Shown here: in pieces, positions 39,644 through 47,528 of the stretch | Position numbering within the stretch: the first letter of the stretch is position 1 | Layout: the number at the start of each line of letters is the position of its first letter | IMG/VR virus record: IMGVR_UViG_3300030336_000001 | Direction: 5' to 3' (one strand) | Source: an uncultured virus (IMG/VR IMGVR_UViG_3300030336_000001) | Taxonomy: Duplodnaviria > Heunggongvirae > Uroviricota > Caudoviricetes | DNA length: 64,000 bases | Position numbers and translations under genes: made by a program | The notes under the pieces: generated by a model | Database searches by the model: none | Told to the model about the DNA's origin: nothing | Seen by the model: the letters and a program-made list of their open reading frames with translations, nothing else

Positions 39644-40352
39644 CCCTCCGCCCTATGCAAAACATCATCCTGTCAAGCATAGGGCATCCCACCCCATCCT
39701 GCATCATTCTATCCAGTTCTGCACGGTAACATACCGTGTGGAACTGGTCTCTTAATCGACTCAACCTCCTGGCGAAGTTGGCTAGAGACTTGTCTCTGCT
39801 ATGGTGGTACTCCAGTACCAGCTTGTTGCACGGAGGTATAAGATCGGCGTCTATTATACCAAGCTCAGACCCCTCAATATCCATTTTCACCCCATCCCAA
39901 CCACCTTGTAGCAACCCAGCCCACACGTTAGGTACTAGTCTGCTATGCTTGTACCCTCGAACTCTCATCACGGTATGCCTAGCCGTATTGCTAGGGTCTC
40001 CGTTGTGATACAGGTCAACCTCATGACAGTTGTGTTCCGTAACGGCAGCCATGTGGCAGTCTGCCCACGGGCAGTTTCTCTGGAGGAGAGTATAGTTATC
40101 CTCATCTGGTTCGTAGCAGGTGACTCTCGCTCCGGCCAGGTGGCAGTAGAGTGCGAACACTCCGATGTTAGCTCCTAGATCTAACCATCGTTCCCCAGGC
40201 AGCACGTCGAATCCCACCTTCACCTTTCGATACGACTTGTCCTTAAATACCTCTCGTATGGTGTGACTATCAGTAGTGTCTGGTCTATACCGAAAGTTAA
40301 CACCCTGTATCTTGGTAACCACCAGTTTCTTGCTGGAAACTCTTATCACCAC
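39636..40352 (-). CDS. FkbM-family methyltransferase
   Basis: LDLGANIG, YEPDEDN and VKMDIEGSE motifs. Confidence 0.85.
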   Translation of the reverse strand: MVIRVSSKKLVVTKIQGVNFRYRPDTTDSHTIREVFKDKSYRKVKVGFDVLPGERWLDLGANIGVFALYCHLAGARVTCYEPDEDNYTLLQRNCPWADCHMAAVTEHNCHEVDLYHNGDPSNTARHTVMRVRGYKHSRLVPNVWAGLLQGGWDGVKMDIEGSELGIIDADLIPPCNKLVLEYHHSRDKSLANFARRLSRLRDQFHTVCYRAELDRMMQDGVGCPMLDRMMFCIGRRVT

Positions 40353-41221
40353 TCGTCTCCTTTCCCATCATAAAGACCCCGTGTCCTACCCTCGTGGAGC
40401 CTGGTTCGCTCCCACTTGTCATACTCACACATGCAGTTTTGGAAGTCTATGGCTTCCATCCTAGCCACCAGGTGTTTGTTCAGCCTCCTACTCAACCTTT
40501 CCTTAACCTCTTTCATCTCAACCTGGAACTGTCGTCCGCTCACCTTGTACCGCATGTCTCGCTCATACAGCCGGTTCAGACCCTTAACCGAACCCGGTCC
40601 TACGGGGAACCAAGTCCACCGATCGGCCCACTCACCCGTCACCGCCCAACGCAAGTCTGCTACTATCTGGCTAGCTATGAACTTGCTCACACCTGGAAAC
40701 CCCTGCAAATCCATCCAGGTTGACCGCATGCTAAACGGGGTTATATCTGGTGCCATACGATACATGGTGTCACAGACTATGTTGATAACCTGATACACCT
40801 TAGTCTGCTTCTCACGGTCTCGACAGCCGTGATTGCCGGTTATCAGGTACGCTGCGGAGAAGTTTTTCAACCCATGTCTACTCCTTTCCTCCAGAAGATC
40901 TGTTAGTCGGGTAGGCTCCCATACGTGAGGAAATCCTACAGCCTCTAGTGAATCAACCCTGTTAAGGTGTCTAGCCAGGGTTGCAGCCAACAGTATGTTG
41001 GGGTGGTCCTTGTAGGGCGTATACCAGTTCTTGATCAACCAAGAAGACACCTTGTCGTCTGCCCTGACTACGTTGCAGAACTTCCTACTCTGCAGAATCC
41101 TGTCATCTGTCCAGGGCTTGGGCAAACCCATCTTCTTCTTCATACGAATCTGCTCCCGCTCGGTTACCCAGTATACCAGTCGCTCGAACGGGGGTAGCTT
41201 ACCGGCATCACTTACTAACAT
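40346..41221 (-). CDS. aGPT-Pplase1 / 5-hmdU DNA kinase helical-domain-like protein
   Basis: WVTERE..KPWTDDRIL..FCNVVRADD, GPGS..GL and NCMCEYDKW motifs. Confidence 0.7.
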   Translation of the reverse strand: MLVSDAGKLPPFERLVYWVTEREQIRMKKKMGLPKPWTDDRILQSRKFCNVVRADDKVSSWLIKNWYTPYKDHPNILLAATLARHLNRVDSLEAVGFPHVWEPTRLTDLLEERSRHGLKNFSAAYLITGNHGCRDREKQTKVYQVINIVCDTMYRMAPDITPFSMRSTWMDLQGFPGVSKFIASQIVADLRWAVTGEWADRWTWFPVGPGSVKGLNRLYERDMRYKVSGRQFQVEMKEVKERLSRRLNKHLVARMEAIDFQNCMCEYDKWERTRLHEGRTRGLYDGKGDEW

Positions 41222-41307
41222 TCATATCCCCCTGTAGATAACAACGGGTGGGGTTTCGACTGGACAGGAGGAAAACCAGTCTACTCCCCCAACCCGTCAT
41301 ACAGACT

Positions 41308-42987
41308 CTAGGACCAGCAAGCACCGCTCTTGCAAGTGTCCATAGAGTTGTCCTCGAATATAACACCCGTCCGGTTGACGGCTGTCCGGTACGGTACCGG
41401 TACGATTGGCTGACCGTCCCTGCTGCCGTGAGGGTAGACCGTGAAGCCACGCAGTTCTGGCAGGAACTTCATGAGAGTCTGACCAAACTCTTTGACCTTA
41501 CCCTCGTTGTTGATCTCGGAACCCCATGGAGGCATGTTGACTGTCGAGGATATTGCGTGATCAACCTTCTTTTGAACCCAAGCCTGGAACTTGATACGCC
41601 TCTCAACGTCGTGTGCCAGGCGGTGGGCGTCTTCAACAAGGTCGGGATCAACGTTGTACTTCTCGACCAACCTGCGAATCGTAGAGTCGATAACGAACTG
41701 AGACTTCCACACCTTGCCGTCCAGGTATCGTCTGAGATACGCACAGGCAGGGATAGGCTCGATACCGGAGGTAGTCTCGGCTACTATAGAGATGGTGCCG
41801 GTTGGTGCCACTGCTCTGGTTGCAACCGGCCTGCTCACACCCAACCTGTCCGCATAAAAGTATGCTTCTGACTGGGAGGTGCAGTAGGCGTCCAGCCACT
41901 TAGCCATCTCGTCGTTAACCCCATACTGGATACCACGCTGTAGCATCCATTCGTGCATGCCCATCAGACCAAGGCCGAGTCTCCTGTTCTTCTCCCTAAC
42001 CTTGTGCATGCCCGGAATCGGTAGCTTGGAGTACAGTGTGCCGCAGAGTAAGAACGCCGTACTAAGGGACACAGCGTCGGCGAACTCCTCCTTGCTTGAG
42101 AACCTCGGCATGCTCAGACTAGCAAGGTTACAGCAGTCCTCATCGTCCCTGCTTGTAACCTCTGTGCATGCGTTGCGAAGGTTCTCCCCTGAGTTGGGAC
42201 CAATGTCAACGGAGAAGCCAGGCTCACCCGTCTCCATCATACCCCTGACTGCCATGTCGTACACCTGTACCGCCCATCTGTGGCTGACCGTGAACGTGTC
42301 CCTACCCAACTGGTAGCACCTGTTCCACCTGGGGTCACTGATGGCTGCGAAGAAGTCATCATCCAGGATGACCGAGATGTTTGTCATATCCATTCTGGCT
42401 GGGAAGTTGAAGTCCTCTTTCTTCCCCTTCCTTACAAGCTCGGGCCAGTCCTTCATCTTAATGAAGCTAAAGACATCCGGGTGCCACCAGTGGAGTCCAG
42501 CCCAGATGGCACTGCGTCTGGACCCACCCTGCATGATGTACCGACCTGCTTCGTTCACCATGCTCATCAGAGAACAGGGTCCAGTAGACTTACCACCCAT
42601 GCCCTTGACGACACACTCTTCCGCACGTAGGTTAGAGTACACCACGCCTATGCCGCCTCCCGTCATGAGAGACACGGTAATCTTCTGCATCAACTGCCCC
42701 CAACTCTCCCTGCTGTCATTCACACTGAACAAGAAGCAGTTGTTGGTTTGGGGGAACGGTCTGCCAGCCGCGTACAGGTATCTTCCTCCTGGTATAAACT
42801 TCTTCTCGGCTATCAGCTTCTCTACCCTACCAGCCAATTCCGGCATATAAGGATCCATCACACAGTGGGCAACCCTGTTGGCCGTCTCTGGCCAGGACTC
42901 CTTTCTACCGTTCAGCTCCATTGCATACTTCTTCTCGTAGATGGTCCTGGCAAATTCAGTCTCGAACATCCAACACTCCTTACTCAC
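41308..42987 (-). CDS. nrdJ: Ribonucleotide reductase, class II (B12-dependent)
   Basis: PGGR, NNCF, GGSRRSA, NACTE, CNLAS and APTGTIS motifs; C-terminal CKSGAC; no beta subunit in window. Confidence 0.85.
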   Translation of the reverse strand: MSKECWMFETEFARTIYEKKYAMELNGRKESWPETANRVAHCVMDPYMPELAGRVEKLIAEKKFIPGGRYLYAAGRPFPQTNNCFLFSVNDSRESWGQLMQKITVSLMTGGGIGVVYSNLRAEECVVKGMGGKSTGPCSLMSMVNEAGRYIMQGGSRRSAIWAGLHWWHPDVFSFIKMKDWPELVRKGKKEDFNFPARMDMTNISVILDDDFFAAISDPRWNRCYQLGRDTFTVSHRWAVQVYDMAVRGMMETGEPGFSVDIGPNSGENLRNACTEVTSRDDEDCCNLASLSMPRFSSKEEFADAVSLSTAFLLCGTLYSKLPIPGMHKVREKNRRLGLGLMGMHEWMLQRGIQYGVNDEMAKWLDAYCTSQSEAYFYADRLGVSRPVATRAVAPTGTISIVAETTSGIEPIPACAYLRRYLDGKVWKSQFVIDSTIRRLVEKYNVDPDLVEDAHRLAHDVERRIKFQAWVQKKVDHAISSTVNMPPWGSEINNEGKVKEFGQTLMKFLPELRGFTVYPHGSRDGQPIVPVPYRTAVNRTGVIFEDNSMDTCKSGACWS

Positions 42988-43113
42988 TCATCAGTTTACA
43001 ACATTGGTACTGGTGTCCTCTGCATGTGGCATACACTACCCATGCGAGTCTAGGCTTTACCCCAACCCGGTACTGGGCAACCGGGTGGGTGAGTGGGGTC
43101 GGCGAAAAGGTCC

Positions 43114-43142
43114 ATTATAAAAGCAGGAGTTGCTCCTGGCAA
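43114..43142 (-). promoter_or_regulatory. Sigma70-type promoter upstream of RNR
   Basis: TTGCCA-N17-TATAAT on the minus strand; inverted repeat CAGGAG-N3-CTCCTG spanning the spacer. Confidence 0.7.
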
Positions 43143-43146
43143 CGGG

Positions 43147-45546
43147 TCACGCCGCCAGTTCTAGTTTTACCCGAGTACCCTCGCTCCAGTTATTTGCGTG
43201 GTACTCGCAGCTAACAGGCGTGGGGATACCGATATCGTTACCACCTTGCTCCATCAGCTTGCGAATCATCTGAATCTTGTCGTAGTTGTCTTTCCAAGGT
43301 TCTGCACCAGTGCCAGCGGGGAAGTCGAACACTAGCTCGTCATGAACCTGTAGTGCAATGTACGCCTGGTCAATCCTCTTATCAGTGTTGATGCTGTCGA
43401 GGAAAGCCTGGCAACGGATCATGGCCTTCATCATCCACCACATGGCAGTTCCCTGTATGTGATAGTTCAGGGGTACGGTCGGCAACACGGTATCCCACCT
43501 TGTTCTGGTACACAGTAACGGATAGCCACGCTCGGGATCAACCGTCTTGTCTGGTATTGTCTCGACGTAGCCGTGCTTGTTGGCGAAGGCAATCATGGAG
43601 TCGTTCAGCTTCTTGATGTTCTTGAACCGGGCCTGGATCATACGCTGACCACCCTTGACGTGATACGCTCTGTCAGCTGTGCCACTAGCCTCAACTGCCC
43701 CGTACTGCACGGCGAAGTTACCGTTCTTCACCCACTGGTACAGGTCGCTGCCGTATCGTTTCTTGAACACCCTGCCGTCGATCATGGGCTTGGAGTGCTT
43801 ACACTTACAGCACTCGTCTTGCTTGGCCTTCGAGTTCTTGTTGTGCACCTCCTTCTTACACTCGGTACAGCTAAGACACAACTCAAACTTCTCCTTGTGT
43901 AAGATATGACTAACTAGTAGGTGGTTACTGCCGAAGTAAGGAGGATCATTAGGACGCTCGAACAGGTCTATCATCTCCTTCTCTTTAGCCTCGTAAGCAG
44001 GCAGTCGTAGCTCAATGTTCTCGGCGTCTAAGCTCCACCACTCCCTACCCGGTGCGGGACCGAAGCAGTACCGTAGATTGAAACCCTCCTTCTTGCTGAT
44101 GTTCTGCTCGTTGGGGTTCTGGCTGGACCACCTCAGTGTGTCCGTGCCGGTAGGGTTCAGGCTCGGGTGGAGTACATACCAGTCCTCAACCATCTTCTGT
44201 AACACCCTGTCCATCACTAGCTCTTGACTGAACAGTGGCACGGCGAACCTGCGGTAAGAGGATATGTAAGCCAGTGCTGTATCCCTCTTACGCTTGGCTG
44301 ACAGGTTCTCGATGAACCGCTTCTGTAGTGACCTGTCTGGTAGCGTAGCCAGGTAGTACTCAAGGGCACCCTTGTCCAAAGTGGGGTTACTGGTCTTGGA
44401 CTTCTTACCCCTGATTGGCTCTAGCTTTAGTACGTCAAAGCAGAAGGTTCTGATGGAATTGTTGACCGCACCCTTGGGTAGCACCAGATCGTAAGGCTCG
44501 ACTACCGTCTCACCAGTAGTCTCATCCACTAATCTCTCAACCTTAAACCCCTTGGCTATGTTCACGCATATCCGGCCAGCCCTCTCGGATTCCTCCAGGT
44601 ACTCGCACTCCTGCTGATCTAACCTTGTGCCGCTGAAGGTGACACCCTTGCTCTCCATGCGATATGCCAGGCGTTGCCTCTGGAGAGAAACCATGTAGAT
44701 CTTATCCAGCTTCTTCTCCTGGATCAGCTTCCACATAACCTGCCACATCAGCACGGTTACCTGACTGTCCATGTTGGCGTACTCTATGGCCACCGTCCAC
44801 CAAGGGTGTACGTCTTCGGAGTCAACTTCTGGAGGGTGATACTTCCAGCCGGGCCACTTGGTACGCCAGGCAGGTAACTTGTGATCCTGGCCATACTTGT
44901 CCCAGAGTTTCTTGCAGTTCTGGTATGCCGGGCTTTCAAGCCACTGGTAGTTAACCAGCGCTCTTGGCAGCCACGTATCGAGTTTCCAGGACTTATCGGT
45001 GGCTGATGGCATCTCCTCCAGAGAATCACTGGCGATACGCCAGGTCTTGAGCCTACGCCTGGTATAGTCTCGTGCCTTCTTGCATGCCTCTTCAAGCCTG
45101 TCTTCCAATGGCTTGATGTTCTTCCGTACGTACCGGCTGGCCATGCTGGTAAGGTCATGGTCTAAGTTAGAACCCAGCAGGTGCCCAGCTATCAGGGTGT
45201 CACGGATGTTGTACCAGGGAAGCTTTGCTCCTGGAGAGAATGACTGTACAGGGTTGAACAACTCCAGTCCTGGCAGTATGGTGGCCAGTGCCCTTGCATC
45301 GAACTTAGTGTTCTGAAGTATGGCCAACTCGCCACTGGCATAAACAGAGTCGAGTAACTCTTTCACCTCATCCAGTTCACCCGGTGGTATGATCGGCTGC
45401 CTGGTCTCAGGATCAACGAACCACTCCCAGTACTTGACCCTGCCGTCATCCCTACATGTGGTGACTATATAAGGCTTGGCCCCGTGGTTGAAGTCGATGC
45501 CCGTGGTCTCGGTGTCAATTGCTAACATGTTCACTCTCCCATCCAC
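43147..45546 (-). CDS. Family A DNA polymerase with 3'-5' exonuclease
   Basis: DTETTG, NTKFD, TGTDTLRWSSQNPNEQN, DAENIELR, KNGNFAVQYG and VHDEL motifs. Confidence 0.9.
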   Translation of the reverse strand: MDGRVNMLAIDTETTGIDFNHGAKPYIVTTCRDDGRVKYWEWFVDPETRQPIIPPGELDEVKELLDSVYASGELAILQNTKFDARALATILPGLELFNPVQSFSPGAKLPWYNIRDTLIAGHLLGSNLDHDLTSMASRYVRKNIKPLEDRLEEACKKARDYTRRRLKTWRIASDSLEEMPSATDKSWKLDTWLPRALVNYQWLESPAYQNCKKLWDKYGQDHKLPAWRTKWPGWKYHPPEVDSEDVHPWWTVAIEYANMDSQVTVLMWQVMWKLIQEKKLDKIYMVSLQRQRLAYRMESKGVTFSGTRLDQQECEYLEESERAGRICVNIAKGFKVERLVDETTGETVVEPYDLVLPKGAVNNSIRTFCFDVLKLEPIRGKKSKTSNPTLDKGALEYYLATLPDRSLQKRFIENLSAKRKRDTALAYISSYRRFAVPLFSQELVMDRVLQKMVEDWYVLHPSLNPTGTDTLRWSSQNPNEQNISKKEGFNLRYCFGPAPGREWWSLDAENIELRLPAYEAKEKEMIDLFERPNDPPYFGSNHLLVSHILHKEKFELCLSCTECKKEVHNKNSKAKQDECCKCKHSKPMIDGRVFKKRYGSDLYQWVKNGNFAVQYGAVEASGTADRAYHVKGGQRMIQARFKNIKKLNDSMIAFANKHGYVETIPDKTVDPERGYPLLCTRTRWDTVLPTVPLNYHIQGTAMWWMMKAMIRCQAFLDSINTDKRIDQAYIALQVHDELVFDFPAGTGAEPWKDNYDKIQMIRKLMEQGGNDIGIPTPVSCEYHANNWSEGTRVKLELAA

Positions 45547-45710
45547 TAAGTAGTTGCTGGGCTTCTTCTACTGTGATATTCACGAACGCTAACAGTATAG
45601 TGTTGACAGGCGACGAGTCGCCACCTCCCTCACTATGTTCAGGTTCCATTCTCTTTCCTCCAGAGAACCAGACCGACCGGTGTTACCCGATCGGTCCAGT
45701 GGTGTTGGTA

Positions 45711-46562
45711 TCAAGAGGCTTCTTTTGGCTCCGCTTGTTCGTTGAAGACGCGTAACTGTTCGAGCGTGCGCAGACAGTTCTTACTGTCCTTCTTCAGTCC
45801 TTTGTTGTAGTACTTGCACATAGTCTCGATCATACCCCTCTGCTTGGCACTGATATAGTTACCAACGTCGAGTAAGATTCTCCTAGGTGACACGTTCAGT
45901 TGCTCTACGAACCTGTCATCCTTGAGAATCTCACCTTGCCATGCAACCAGGGACACTACTCCATAGAAGAACAGTTCGGCCATAGCCTCATCCTGTCCTG
46001 GCCAGGTCTTCATCATAAGTGTCAGTGCTCGTTGCACCACGTCCTCACCGAATCTGGCAGTCAGTCTGTAGAGACTACCAAGACAGGCAATCTCCCCATA
46101 CTTCAGAACACGTGACCCGGTCATGGTAGGTGACGTCGGTATAGCCAGTTTCATTCCAGCACCTTCGACGGCAGACTTGGCTGCCAGTGCAATAGGGTCT
46201 TGTGCAGTCAACGAAGTAACGAACATCTGTGCAGCGGAGACGGCAACCCTACCTCCGTTCAGAATCTTGAAGATCTGAGCCTCATACTGTGGCCCACTGC
46301 TTTCCAACATCAGACACTTCCAGTGTTCCATCCCCAACTTCATCATGGCCGTCATTCGTTGCAAACCGTCAATGATGTATAGCTTACCATCACTCCTTCT
46401 ACCAACCGTCAGTACTCCTGCTGCTGCTGGCATGAAGTTCTTCTCGATCTTCCTGGCGTGTGGTTTGATACCACGCTGATAGGAGTTGTCTACCGTGAGT
46501 GTAGACAATAGAACCTTCTCGATCTTACCTTCCAGACTCCCACCGATTCGACGACTCGACAT
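45711..46562 (-). CDS. ParB/Srx-like N-domain protein (DUF6551-like)
   Basis: VDNSYQR, IIDGLQR and EAQIFKILN motifs. Confidence 0.65.
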   Translation of the reverse strand: MSSRRIGGSLEGKIEKVLLSTLTVDNSYQRGIKPHARKIEKNFMPAAAGVLTVGRRSDGKLYIIDGLQRMTAMMKLGMEHWKCLMLESSGPQYEAQIFKILNGGRVAVSAAQMFVTSLTAQDPIALAAKSAVEGAGMKLAIPTSPTMTGSRVLKYGEIACLGSLYRLTARFGEDVVQRALTLMMKTWPGQDEAMAELFFYGVVSLVAWQGEILKDDRFVEQLNVSPRRILLDVGNYISAKQRGMIETMCKYYNKGLKKDSKNCLRTLEQLRVFNEQAEPKEAS

Positions 46563-46689
46563 AGTGTTCTCCTGTTACTAAGACCAACGGTTAAAGAAAC
46601 TGCCTGTCTTTCCTCACCACGCCGGACAGGCACGACGTTCCTCGGGACACTGGTCTGTGGGAAGTGACTTTCACAGCCAGGTTGGTGAT

Positions 46690-46758
46690 TACTACCGGTA
46701 GGAATCGAACCCACCCTCCCGCAAGGTTGCGACCCTTACGTGGACCACCAGGAGTAGC
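46690..46758 (-). ncRNA. tRNA-like RNA A (non-canonical 6+6 fold)
   Basis: GCTACT/GGTAGT acceptor, GGTGGG-TTCGATT-CCTACC T arm, CGTAAGG-GTCGCAA-CCTTGCG arm. Confidence 0.6.
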
Positions 46759-46760
46759 AT

Positions 46761-46854
46761 TGCTGCTGGCAGGAATCGAACCTGCCCTAAAACTTCATAG
46801 CTCCCGTCTACTGGCATGTCACTATGAAGCTCCCCTCTAGCCACCAGGAGCAGC
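46761..46854 (-). ncRNA. tRNA-like RNA B (non-canonical 6+6 fold, extended central stem)
   Basis: GCTGCT/AGCAGC acceptor, GGCAGG-TTCGATT-CCTGCC T arm, AGCTTCATAG/CTATGAAGTT stem. Confidence 0.6.
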
Positions 46855-47117
46855 GTAGCAGACTTTACACCCACGGTCTGCCAGCGTGGCGGAATCTACC
46901 AACCTCGAACAGGGAGGTAAGTAGGTCGGTAGCGTGTTTGGTGGTGGGCTGCCAGCGTTATCTCCTCCGCCCACCGGGGAGTTTAACCCTGTCGCCGATG
47001 CGTCCAAGCAACAGGGGTTCGACGTACGGCCTGCTAAGGATACCCACAAGGTGTCTCCTACCTCCTTAGCAGCCTGGGACACTGGCCTTGCCCAGCAACG
47101 AGCACGGCAGGAGAAAT
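46855..47117 (-). ncRNA. Putative multi-hairpin ncRNA of unknown class
   Basis: Consecutive stems CTGCTAAGGA/TCCTTAGCAG, CCCTGTTGC/GCGACAGGG, GGTGGGC/GCCCACC, CTACCGACCT/AGGTTGGTAG and GCAGAC/GTCTGC. Confidence 0.5.
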
Positions 47118-47189
47118 AGGCTCCGGCAGGACTCGAACCTGCACTACTAGATTTAGAGTCTAGTCGTCTTCCAGTTGACTCACGGAGCC
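47118..47189 (-). tRNA. tRNA-Sup, anticodon CUA (amber suppressor)
   Basis: GGCTCCG/CGGAGCC acceptor, CTAGA-CTCTAAA-TCTAG anticodon arm, GCAGG-TTCGAGT-CCTGC T arm; CCA not encoded. Confidence 0.85.
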
Positions 47190-47204
47190 GGGGCGGTAGA
47201 GGAG

Positions 47205-47234
47205 ATTATAAATCTCCCCCACCTATCTTGTCAA
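47205..47234 (-). promoter_or_regulatory. Consensus sigma70 promoter of the tRNA/ncRNA operon
   Basis: TTGACA-N18-TATAAT; the -10 lies inside palindrome GGAGATT-ATA-AATCTCC (47201-47217). Confidence 0.8.
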
Positions 47235-47237
47235 GCA

Positions 47238-47528
47238 CTACTCCGGCTGAGAGTAGTTAACACCGCTGTTGAATCCTTCTGCGAAACACGCGGCTTGATC
47301 CAGGTTCTTCAGCCGTAGTTGGTATCGGCACCTATCGTCGTCTGGGTCAACGATGCCGAGGTTTACTCCAACACCGATAGAGTCATACTGCCAGGTAGTG
47401 TCTCCAACTGTAAACCGAAACACACCTGGCTTGACTTCTGTTGCCTTGTTGGCAAACGGTATCTCTTTGGTTCTTGGTTTACCCACTGGCCACCCCCTTT
47501 CACTCGGAGTCGTCACCGAGCAGGTCAT
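47238..47528 (-). CDS. Hypothetical protein
   Basis: ORF downstream of the SSB-like gene; start uncertain. Confidence 0.45.
   Translation of the reverse strand: MTCSVTTPSERGWPVGKPRTKEIPFANKATEVKPGVFRFTVGDTTWQYDSIGVGVNLGIVDPDDDRCRYQLRLKNLDQAACFAEGFNSGVNYSQPE

Noticed and set aside
42988..43113. Cobalamin riboswitch or NrdR box upstream of class II RNR
   Set aside because: No B12-box or NrdR consensus recognised
47040..47117. HDV-like theta or twister ribozyme 3' of the suppressor tRNA
   Set aside because: The required pseudoknot and conserved residues could not be built by eye; a covariance search is needed
46690..47117. Canonical or two-piece tmRNA
   Set aside because: No G3-U70 Ala acceptor, no encoded CCA, and no convincing tag reading frame
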